Shown here: in pieces, positions 30,025 through 40,400 of the stretch | Layout of the letters: each line of letters starts with the position of its first letter | Numbering within the stretch: the stretch's first letter is position 1 | Source of the DNA: Setoptus koraiensis | Taxonomy: Eukaryota > Animalia > Arthropoda | Assembly (NCBI GenBank): GCA_048013815.1 | Contig: CM106585.1 | Location: 15,252,001 to 15,316,000, forward strand | Direction of reading: 5' to 3' | Length of the DNA: 64,000 nucleotides | The notes under the pieces: generated by a model | Seen by the model: only the letters and a program-made list of their open reading frames with translations | Databases searched by the model: none | What the model was told of the DNA's origin: nothing | Position numbers and translations under genes: made by a program

Positions 30025-30199
30025 TTGCAGAGCCTATGCGATCGTGCCTTGTTAGTCTGCGTGCCCATGCAAAGTGAGCGAATAATGGCAGAAACAATTA
30101 ACGAGACAAAGCTTCGTCACGGGGGTGCCGGCAGTCTCGCTTGCAACTTTCAACCAGTTCCCCTAGCGGATTTGCATCACATCAATGTTTTGGCATTGC

Positions 30200-30387
30200 T
30201 TAGGCGCTACTGGGCGCAAATGCGTACTTTCGCCCCAAATGGCACAGTTTCTGCCATTTTGGCAATCGCCCGAATGGCGAAAAGGGTGAAACGGGCGTAA
30301 TGGGCGAAAAGGCGGAAGGGGAGGGAATGGTCCTCCTACTGCCATCATTCCCCCTTTAACCCGTTTCGCCTCTTCGCCCGCACACCA
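30200..30387. mobile_element. 188-bp insertion with a perfect 8-bp target-site duplication (MITE-like)
   Basis: GGCATTGC at 30192-30199 and 30388-30395. The paralogous site in unit A (~27376) has one copy and no insert. Internal imperfect hairpin GGGCGAA...TTCGCCC; TIRs are weak. Confidence 0.65.
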
Positions 30388-30693
30388 GGCATTGCCCAAT
30401 GGACCATACAATAAACAAGATTCATATCGAGCACATGGGCAGTGTTCAGCGTGAGCTGGTTTGGCTTCTAAATAAGGCGGCGGTTCTCGAATCTCTGGCA
30501 TAAATTGATTTTCTTAATTCTCTGACACCAAAGATAAACTTTCCTGTGAAAAAACGATCCGGACACTTGTTGGCTCTTTCAGACTTTCAACTAAAGCTGT
30601 ACAAAGTTATCCGCTCATCGATAACAACTTTGGGGGCCACAACCATCAACTGACGGCGACCCGATAATTCAGCAGCAGCCGGAAGATCCTAAG

Positions 30694-33618
30694 ATGGAAA
30701 CTGGCGATACTGATGAGGCTTGTAGTGAGGCTACTTTCAGATTTGTCGTAGAGAAAGTGAGCAAACTGAAAGAGAGAGTCCTCAGCTCGGCCACATACGT
30801 TAGGAACTTGCCTTGGAGGATTTACGCCAGGCCCCAAAGTTCCAATTCAACGCCAGACTATAAGAGTTTGGGCTTTTTCCTGCAATGTGGTGATTCAAAA
30901 TCAACAACATGGTCGTGCAACGCCCAAGCAGAATTGCGTATCATACCCCAAAAAGGAGGCTCTCGGCCTCTTAATCGCCGCATTCAACATGTATTCGATA
31001 GTAAAAATGCTTTTGGCTTTCCTGAGTTCATATCTATGCGAGAGCTGTTGGATCCCGAGCGAGGTCTTGTTAAAGATGATACCATCATTCTAGAAGTATG
31101 GATCTCAGCTGATGCACCTCATGGCGTCAGTCGGGACGCTGAAATGGAAACCGACGACCCTGAAGAGGAGACTGGCGACAGTGCTGAGGAAGCTGACGAC
31201 ACTGAAGAGGCTTGTAGTGAGGCTACTTTCAGATTTGTCGTAGAGAAAGTGAGCAAACTGAAAGAGAAAGTCTTCAGCTCGGCCAAATACATTAGGAACT
31301 TGCCCTGGAAGATTTACGCCAGGCCCCAAAGTTCCAATTCAACGCCAGACTCTAAGAGTTTGGGCTTTTTCCTGCAATGTGGTGATTCAAAATCAACAAC
31401 ATGGTCGTGCAACGCCCAAGCAGAATTGCGTATCATACCCCAAAAAGAAGGCTCTCGGCCTCTTAATCGCCGCATTCAACATGTATTCGATAGTAAAAAT
31501 GCTTTTGGCTTTCCTGAGTTCATATCTATGCAAGAGCTGTTGGATCCCGAGAGGGGTTTTGTTAAAGATGATACCATAATTTTAGAAGTATGGATCTCAG
31601 CTGATGTACCTCATGGCCTCAGTCGGGACGCTGAAATGGAAACTGACGACCCTGATGAGGAAACTGACGACAGTGATGAGAAAGCTGACGACACGGAAGA
31701 GGTTCGTAGTAAGGCTACTTTCAGATGTGTCGTAGAGAAAGTGAGCAAACTGGAAGAGAGGGTCCTCAGCTCAGCCATGTACATCAGGGACTTGCCCTGG
31801 AAGATTATGGCCAGGCCCGAAAGTTCCAATTCAACTCCAGCCTCTAAGACTTTGGGCTTTTTCCTGCAATGTGAAGGTGATTCAAAATCAACAACATGGT
31901 CCTGCAACGCCCAAGCAGAATTGCGTATCATACCCCAAAAAGAAGGCTCTCCGCCCCTTATTGGTCGCTCTCAACGTGTATTCAAAAGTGAAGAAAATGC
32001 TTGGGGCTTTGCTCAATTCATATCCATGCAAAAGCTGTTGGATCCCGAGAGGGGTTTTGTTAAAGATGATACCATCATTTTAGAAGTATGGATCTCAGCT
32101 GATGCACCTCATGGCGTCAGTCGTAACGCTGGAATGAAAACTGACGACAGTGATGAGAAAGCTGACGACACTGAAGAGGTTCGTAGTAAGGCTACTTTCA
32201 GATTTGTTCTAGAGGAAGTGAGCAAACTGAAAGAGAAAGTCTTCAGCTCGGCCACATACATTAGGAACTTGCCCTGGAAGATTATGGCCAGGCCCGAAAG
32301 TTCCAATTCAACTCCAGCCTCTAAGACTTTGGGCTTTTTCCTACAATGTAATGGTGATTCAAAATCAACAACATGGTCCTGTAACGCACAAGCAGAATTG
32401 CGTCTTATACCCCAAAAAGAAGGCTCTCAGCCTCGTAATTTCAGCTTTCAACATGTATTCAAAAGTGAAGAAAATCCTTTTGGCTTTGCTCGATTCATAT
32501 CTATGCAAGAGCTGTTGGATCCCGAGAGAGGTTTTGTTAAAGATGATACCATCATTTTAGAAGTATGGGTCTCAGCTGATGCACCTCATGGCGTTAGTCG
32601 GGACGCTGAAATGAAAACGGACGACAGTCATGAGGTAGCTGACGACAATGGTGAGGAAACAGACAATCCTGAAGAGGAAACTGACGACACTGAAGAGGCT
32701 TGTAGTGAGGCTACTTTCAGATTTGTCATAGAGGAAGTGAGCAAACTGAAAGAGAAAGTCTTCAGCTCGGCCACATACATTTGGAACTTGCCCTGGAAGA
32801 TTATAGCCAGGCCCCAAAGTTCCAATTCAACTCCATCCTCTAAGACTTTGGGCTTTTTCTTACAATGTGATGGTGATCCAAAATTAACAACATGGTCCCG
32901 CAACGCACAAGCAGAATTGCGTATTATACCCCAAAAAAAAGGCTTTCACCGCTTCATTCGCAGCTTTCAACGTGTATTCAATAGTAAAGAAAATGCTTGG
33001 GGCTTTCCTGAATTCATATCTATGCAAATGCTGTTGGATCCCGAGAGAGGTTTTGTTAAAGATGATACCATCATTTTAGAAGTATGTATCTCAGCTGATG
33101 CACCTCATGGCGTCAGTCGGTACGCTGAAGTGGAAACTGATGGCACTGAAGAGGCTTGCAGTGAGGCTACTTTCAGATTTGTCATAGAGAAAGTGAGCAA
33201 ACTGGAAGAGAATGTCTTCAGCTCAGCCAGATACATTAGGAACTTGCCCTGGAAGGTTATGGCCACGCCACGTGCTGGTCGAAAGCACGATAGGCACCAA
33301 AGGTCCAATTCAACTCCAGCCTCTAAGAGTTTGGGCTTTTTCCTACAATGTGATGGTGATTCGAAATCAACAACATGGTCCTGCAACGCCCAAGCAGAAT
33401 TCCGTATTATACCCCAAAAAGAAGGGTCCCAGCCCTTTAATTGTCGCTTTCAACATGTATTCAATAGTGAAAAAAATGCTTGGGGCTTTAGTCGATTTAT
33501 ATCTATGCGAAAGCTGTTGTATCCCAAGGGAGGTTTTGTTAAAGATGATACCATCATATTAGAAGTATGGATCTCAGCTGATGCACCTCAGTTCGGACAC
33601 TACAGTGCAAACAGATGA
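30694..33618 (+). CDS. USP7-derived MATH-only protein B: six tandem MATH/TRAF domains with acidic linkers, 974 aa
   Basis: Six intact repeats of ATFRFV.E.VSKL...LPW.I...LGFFLQC...AELRIIP...DDTIILEV, each homologous to the adjacent USP7 MATH. Single open frame, no signal peptide. Confidence 0.9.
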   Translation: METGDTDEACSEATFRFVVEKVSKLKERVLSSATYVRNLPWRIYARPQSSNSTPDYKSLGFFLQCGDSKSTTWSCNAQAELRIIPQKGGSRPLNRRIQHVFDSKNAFGFPEFISMRELLDPERGLVKDDTIILEVWISADAPHGVSRDAEMETDDPEEETGDSAEEADDTEEACSEATFRFVVEKVSKLKEKVFSSAKYIRNLPWKIYARPQSSNSTPDSKSLGFFLQCGDSKSTTWSCNAQAELRIIPQKEGSRPLNRRIQHVFDSKNAFGFPEFISMQELLDPERGFVKDDTIILEVWISADVPHGLSRDAEMETDDPDEETDDSDEKADDTEEVRSKATFRCVVEKVSKLEERVLSSAMYIRDLPWKIMARPESSNSTPASKTLGFFLQCEGDSKSTTWSCNAQAELRIIPQKEGSPPLIGRSQRVFKSEENAWGFAQFISMQKLLDPERGFVKDDTIILEVWISADAPHGVSRNAGMKTDDSDEKADDTEEVRSKATFRFVLEEVSKLKEKVFSSATYIRNLPWKIMARPESSNSTPASKTLGFFLQCNGDSKSTTWSCNAQAELRLIPQKEGSQPRNFSFQHVFKSEENPFGFARFISMQELLDPERGFVKDDTIILEVWVSADAPHGVSRDAEMKTDDSHEVADDNGEETDNPEEETDDTEEACSEATFRFVIEEVSKLKEKVFSSATYIWNLPWKIIARPQSSNSTPSSKTLGFFLQCDGDPKLTTWSRNAQAELRIIPQKKGFHRFIRSFQRVFNSKENAWGFPEFISMQMLLDPERGFVKDDTIILEVCISADAPHGVSRYAEVETDGTEEACSEATFRFVIEKVSKLEENVFSSARYIRNLPWKVMATPRAGRKHDRHQRSNSTPASKSLGFFLQCDGDSKSTTWSCNAQAEFRIIPQKEGSQPFNCRFQHVFNSEKNAWGFSRFISMRKLLYPKGGFVKDDTIILEVWISADAPQFGHYSANR

Positions 33619-33923
33619 CAGACTGATTTAATGTCCTCACAAGAGCTCAAGGAGTCTGACTCAACTTCCGAGGAAGGTTAGAAGTGACACCATCTTAGAA
33701 GAATTCTAGAAGCATACGTCTCAGCTAATGCACCTCGCGATCTTTGTAGAGGTAGCGGAAAGAACGGGTCCCTGTGTCCCTTTTGTTAACATGAGTATAT
33801 GTGTTTAAAATATATTTATATATTTTATAAATTCAATTTCCCTTCTTTTATATCAAATACACAACAATTCACCCAAGCTCAACAGTTGAATTCACATACT
33901 TTGGCACACTAGGAATATAATAA

Positions 33924-35312
33924 TCAAACCCTAACCTTCGCGATGAAGTTGTTCCTAAATGAGGCCAGATATAGGTTTCCTTGCTTATCTGGCACCGCCT
34001 CTGAAATGAAGGCAAACTTGTCCGAGCCCAATATGCTAGATGAACCGCTATTCAAGTTGTATTTCAACACTCCTGACTGTTGTTTGCATGTGCGGTAAAC
34101 TATGTGCCCAGATTTTATCTCAAAAATGATCGTATCAAGGATGGGATGCTTGTAGAAATTTTTCTGCACGTATTCCAAGAGATACCCAACAGAGTAGGCC
34201 AATCTTCCGAGCGCCTTCTTGATGACGGGCATCTCAGCCAGGTGATCTACTAATTCTTTGCCCGATGTTTTAACCAGGGGCATTGCAACGTATGCCTCAT
34301 CTCCTTGAACATAAACGTTGTCAGGTACGCCAGGCAATTGAGGAATGAGTAAATCGGACTGGACGATATTCGTATCGCCGTTTTTGGCACTTTTAAAGGC
34401 AGTCCTGGCTTTAGTTATAGACATCTTGTGAATCCTGTGATATGAAGTTTCGCTGTATAATAACTGATCGCGTTTAACATCGACATCAATGCCATTAACT
34501 AATGCCAGATTGTCTGCCAATATAACCGATTTTCCTGTGGTTAAGTCAAACCCAAATACTATTCCAGTAGCATCTAGATCGAACATGCTCCAGATAATAG
34601 CGTCCAGTGGCCATTTTCTACTTGATACTGTAGCGTACACTATGTTAGGGTCGACAGGGTCGAAAGCAAAGGAATTGAAAAGGCCGTGGAAATTCTTGTC
34701 TAGATTTGCCATGAGATGTTTCTTAGTTCCGGTCTTGGGATTTATCGAATACAATCCTTTATAGGAGTCAGCAACAAACAGCGTTCCGTTGAGATATCTG
34801 ACTTGCAAGGCTCGGCCACATTGTGGCATGAATTCGGCAGTGTTCAACACTTTCTCTGCGACAATAGTTATAATTGGAGGGAGAGAGCATATGTTCATTT
34901 GTTAGAGAAAGTCTATATGGGGGGTAGTTGCTGAAGGAATGAGTGAAGTGAGTAACTAACCACAAAGTTTCGCCGACGTCATCCTGGCGACCTGTCGCAT
35001 TGGATAGTCTTTCTTTTTCGTGTCTATTTCGACTATTCGCCCATCAACCAGGCCCGTGTAGAGCAGGCCGTTGTTGTCGAAGGCCAAAGACTCGGCGCCC
35101 ATCAAATTGTTCAATTGAATATAGTCCGGCTTGTCACTCAATAAAGTGTTCCATCCTTTGATCTCGCTGGGAAAATCAATGGGTGCTCTAGCCCGAGGCT
35201 CCAGAGGGAATTTTTCGAATAGAGTGTCTGGCAGAAAGTTCATCACGGTTAAAGTGACAAAACCCGCAAGGAAGCTTTTGGCGACAAGCCTGTAAAGAGT
35301 TGTGAATACCAT
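33924..35312 (-). CDS. APMAP: Adipocyte plasma membrane-associated protein / hemomucin (strictosidine synthase-like propeller)
   Basis: Exons 35312-34961 and 34855-33924 (1284 nt). N-terminal hydrophobic anchor, GAESLAF..NGLLYTGL.DGRI, CGRAL, LFVADSYKGL, NGI and LPGVPDN motifs. Confidence 0.88.
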
Positions 35313-36844
35313 TTTGGTTGGTTATTGGCTTATATATTGCTAAGAGTTGCTTATTGTTTGTTGTTGTTGTTGTTTTTGTGAATCAATGTATCGCGCCTCT
35401 GTTTGGTGGGAGCCGGCGAAAATCAAAATGATATTCTCATGAATGTTGGCGAAAATAAACTTAACAGGTTGGTCGGTTCGAGGCGCCGATGTGTGTGTGT
35501 GTACGCTGATGGTTGTAACCCTTTTGAAATGTAAATAGAATAATTGTAATAATAATATTAATAATGATAGTGTGTTCAATTGGGGATATTATGACAATTG
35601 GCAAGAGATTGTACAAAGGTCGACGATTATTATCCGATGGTGATGAGTTGAAGATCAGATGTTCTAGGCAGCAACCTGTGTGTATTATTGGCAGACATTA
35701 ATATAAAAGACTATGGTGACCCACCTACACTTGTTTATACACTCACACTTGAACGGTGTGGCTCGCTCTCTCTCTCGCTTTCGCTGTCTGACTGTCTCTC
35801 AAGAACACGCTCTTTTTGCAAAAGTGAGCGTTAGTGAGTTGTTTTAGCATTGATTTCCTGCAGTTAGATCAGTTGCTGTTGTTTGTTTATCACTACAACA
35901 AGTCAACCACCAATAACAACACATTGGTTATTCGTTGATGATATTACGCAACTCGCAACAACACATACTGCACACATAATCGAGATCGGCTCGTAACTTA
36001 CGAGTCGTAAGTCGTCGACAGTCAGTGCAGTGGCAGACATGCCAGTGTCCAAAGGGAACAAAGTCAAGTATTGCCAAGATCATCCATTATCCACATTGCA
36101 ACAACAACACCTATTGACATCGGAGGTGTCGGCATTCCCAAACTCGCACAAATACCGCGCCACTCCATGGGGCACAAACAGCAGTCAGCTGCTCCACATT
36201 TATCGGCGCATTTCATTGTCATTGTCGCCACTAGTAACTCACTATCTAGATAGTAGTGAGTCGATTCGTGTCAGTTCATTTATTTATTCACCACTGGCAA
36301 TCGTACATACTATCGGCTACACATTATCGGATAATTTATCGCTAGAAATCTGTCAGATACCCACACAAATCTAATCTCCATCGTGGTCGTCATCAGCGTC
36401 TACTGCACCCACTGCGTTCAACTTGGCCCGTCCTATCGAGTTATCATCGCCTCGTATGATCGCGCACTCTCGATGATGATTATCGATAATTATTGTGGCA
36501 GAATATCTTTTTACAGTAACACAATATTGGCCAGATCCAATGCCACAAAAAACAAACATTGTGCCCAACCATCAGTCCGAAATCTCACGCTACGCCCCTA
36601 TTTGCCACCCAAACTGAAAACGACAACGGTTCACAACAAATCAAATTCAAATTCAAGCAGCAACACACACGGACAGCCGTGTAAATCTGGATATATCAAC
36701 CGATCGATATACACCGTTGAGCGGCAAATTTCGGCAAAATTTCCAAATATTTTTCCAAGCCACCAGCCCTGTTTGGCCACATATCTCAAGAATTTTACAA
36801 CCGGCGAAAATTATCACTCCGCTAGCGCATTGTTTTCAAGAGCC

Positions 36845-37174
36845 ATGTCTACGTCGGCCATCAAGCACTCTTTGAGCCCGGAGAAGAGACTGGCCGAGCT
36901 CAATCGACTCCAGAAGGAAGGATGGAGCTTGCAGGAGGGACGCGACGCCATTAAGAAGAGCTACAATTTCCAGAATTTTATAGAGGCATTCGCTTTCATG
37001 ACCGCCGTTGCGCTCCAAGCCGAAAAGATGGACCATCATCCGGAATGGTTCAATGTTTACAACAGAGTTGACATTACTCTCACCAGTCACTTCTGCAACG
37101 GAATCAGCCAGCTAGATATTGTTCTCGCTGACAAAATAGGCGACATCAATAAGAGGTTCGCCCCTTCGTCGTGA
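36845..37174 (+). CDS. PCBD: Pterin-4-alpha-carbinolamine dehydratase
   Basis: [33 protein letters not shown] signature. The frame is open upstream to 36383, so the true start is uncertain. Confidence 0.92.
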   Translation: MSTSAIKHSLSPEKRLAELNRLQKEGWSLQEGRDAIKKSYNFQNFIEAFAFMTAVALQAEKMDHHPEWFNVYNRVDITLTSHFCNGISQLDIVLADKIGDINKRFAPSS

Positions 37175-37439
37175 TCTAAGAGATTGTAAGAGAAGCGTCA
37201 CGAATCAGCTGCCGACATGCTCACTACTAGCTTATTATTTTTACTCTGGTCATCAACTGTCGATATTTTGAGACTCTATGCAGACACACAGTAACGAAGC
37301 AAATCGAAATTTAACCAATGTATTGTTTTGTCTTCTGTTTGATTTTTTGTTTGCCGTGCCATTAAAATTATTATGATTATTATTATTTACAGACATGATG
37401 AACAAAAGTTCCGACTACTATTATCATTCTTCACTAGCC

Positions 37440-40400
37440 TTATGATTGCAATTCAAAATCCGTCGAGCAACGACCAAATCTGTTGTAGGCCTCGCATCTG
37501 TATTTACCGATAGTTTGTGGACCCACTGAATCTATTGTCAATTTGCAAATGCCACCCTTAAAATTGGTCAAATGTAATTTTTTGGTACAGGCAATCTTGA
37601 CGCCATTGTGATACCAATCGATTGTAGGTGCGGGATTCGCTACGACAGAACAGGCCAATTCGGCGCTATTTGCGCCTCTCGGCAGAATGTTTCGAAGCTC
37701 CTCCACAAATACTGGCGCTTGGGCAGGGCCCTCAAACGGTGATCTGGACGGCGATCGAGTTGGCGGACGGCACGGACTGGCCCGCGATGAACTGCAACTG
37801 AGACTACAATCACTTCCAATATTGTTGACCATTATTATCAATTTGGGACCATTCCGTTCCATAGTTCCTGGTGGCCCCAATGTTGATGCTGTTGCTGCCG
37901 TTGTTGTTGTTGTTGTTGTGCACACCCTACGATCTACAGTATTGGTCGTATTGTCGTGATTGTTATTTTGCTGTTGGATTGTTGTTTGGCTACTGTTTGC
38001 ATTTGTTTGTCTCATTAGTGGAGCTTTAACTGGTTTCCATCTAGAAAACGAACTAGTGCTACTCGCTGGACTCCATGCTCTTGGCATATTGTTGTCAGGA
38101 ACGGTGAGATGTTGTTGATGTTGTTGTTGCGTCACCTTAGTCGCTGAATGGTCAGTTTGTTGCGTCGTCGTTTTGGTCGTTGAATGGTCGGTCCTTTGGT
38201 TGATGACCCAAGGCGGTTGATTGTTCGTACTTCTACCTGTTGTGTTTGGCGTTTCTTGGGGCGCCAAACTGAGTTTTGCACTTGTTACAATTTCGCCCGT
38301 TTCATTTATGACTTTGGCATAATACGTGCCACAAGATTGCTCATTGAAATCGCTTATTACCAGCTTATGTTTAGTACCCTGACTGACTATTTTGTGGTCT
38401 ATTGATGACGGTATTGAGTTGTTGCCGTCCTTAGACCATTCCACCGGATACAGCGAATCTGTTTGACATTCGAGCTCTACAGTTGTCGAGGGTCTGACTC
38501 TCATATCACGCAACACCCGGGTAAACACCGGCGCCTTTACTTGCTGCTGAGGGGGCGCCTCTGATCGCTGCACCGGAGGCTCTTCAATGGTCTCAATGGA
38601 AGATCCCACCCATTCGACTTTTCTCCGCATGTTATTCTCTATGAGGATATTCTTGCGATCATTGAATAATTTCAGGCAATTTTGCACGTAATCAATAGAC
38701 TCGTTTGTGTTGAAATTCAATTCTTTGTCGCCATCCTTCGCGTCAGATGAATTGGCTTTGTTGCAATCGAAAATGAAATTTTTAACAGTGTTGTCCAGTT
38801 GTAATGAGTTTTGGTTGATAGTCTCAATGATACCATCAGACGCCAGTTTAGTGGAGTAATTGTTTGACGATTGTTGCTTCTCTAGCTCGTTCAAATCGTT
38901 TGACATCCTGTTGATAAATTGCAACAAATTCAAATATTTCTTGCACAAATCGAGTCGTTTCTCCAGACAGCTTGTCAATTGGATCCAGTCCTGTCGCAAA
39001 TCATCTGTTGCCATTTGTATACTACTGGATACAGCGCTATCCGTCTCCAGTTGCGCCAACAAAGTCGGTAGAGACCTCAGCAAGGCCTCAACGTCTAGCG
39101 TCTTGTTTTGCATGGAGTTTTGCAATTCTTGATGGCCCGAATAGAATTCTTTCAATTGTGTTGTGTTTGTTCCCATAGATTTGTGTTCCAACAGATAACG
39201 GCGGACGAAATCGTCAAGCCACGTGTGGAGTTGATTACATTGAACGAGAAAATTGCTGGCTATCTTGCTGGTGTCCTCGTTCAACAGTAAATGTTTTCTT
39301 TGTGACATCAGCGAGCGTAGATTCATTAAATTTTGATTTAAATGATCTATGGTGGCCCGAATACCTTTGTTCTCTAGATTGAGATTAATCTCTGTTTGTT
39401 GCTGATGGCGGATTTGGGCCTGATGGAGCTCGCTCAATATAGTGGCCCCGGACGCGATAATTGAGGGTATATCTTTCATGTCTAGTTCGTTTTGAATGTA
39501 GTTGACAGATTGCAACGAATGATCTATCTCGAGACGTGTCAACAATCTTTGTATATCACTGGCCGCCTCTTTGGCCTGATTGTAAAAGTCAATTGTTTTT
39601 CTGAGTAAATATATTCGCGCACCGAGAACGGTCAATGAGTTCTTTGCGCGATCTAAGAAGGCCTTCTGTTGTTCCAACAGTGACTCTTCTATCTTTTTTC
39701 TGTCCTCTTGATCAACGTTGAGGCCATCTCGTTGATTTGTAGCGTCGTGAGAGCCCGACGGGTACTGAGATGACACTTTTAATTTTAGATTGAGCGCAGA
39801 GTTTTCTATCTCTCTACATTCCAAATTAATCTGATCGTGCTTGTTTAGTATGGTGCGCGAGTCTAAAGCGGACAGACCCAAACTAGATAATTGAATGGTG
39901 TTCAATTGGTCAGTTTTGTGCTTTAGCCAAGATTCAAGCTGATGTAAATCCTCCAATGATTTTACTCCGCGAATTTCGGCCAAATGTTTCCTGTGTATGC
40001 TGTAATCTTCTCGTAATACGGCATTGTTGTTGCTGTTAGTAGAAGAGGAAAAAGTTTGTTCCGAGTAGTTGGACGTAATATTTGTCTTGTTAGATCTCAT
40101 TGACGACGAAGAATTGATGTCCGATATCTCGTGAGACAATGTCTGGCGAATAGTTTCAAAAGTAACTGTAAATCTTTTATGGCGCAACACCAATGATTCC
40201 AGATATGACTCGATGTAACTTTGCGTTTGTTTTGCCGATTGATTGAGATAATCTAATCTACTGTCACCCATATTGTCACATCTCACTTTGTCGATACAAT
40301 TCAATAATAGCCGCTGCTCGTTTAAAGCCTTCCCATACAAGTCTACCACTGACTGATTGATCCGGTCTAAACGCTGGATTTTGTCCTTGATTAAATTGAT

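Larger units (their letters stand above)
27201..35095. repeat. Tandem segmental duplication: unit A 27201-30024, unit B 30020-35095
   Basis: Leader 27201-27630 is repeated at 30020-30660, and the post-MATH/APMAP region 28890-30024 is repeated within 33620-35095. CTCGG is present at 27201, 30020 and 35091. Confidence 0.9.

Noticed and set aside
27662-33618. MATH repeats as retrocopies, or the regular repeats as a CRISPR-like array
   Set aside because: The parental region is intronless, there is no poly-A or TSD, and the units are in-frame protein domains in eukaryotic DNA.
35989-36003. Palindrome CTCGTAA-C-TTACGAG between APMAP and PCBD
   Set aside because: A single 7-bp-arm inverted repeat is expected by chance in 64 kb.
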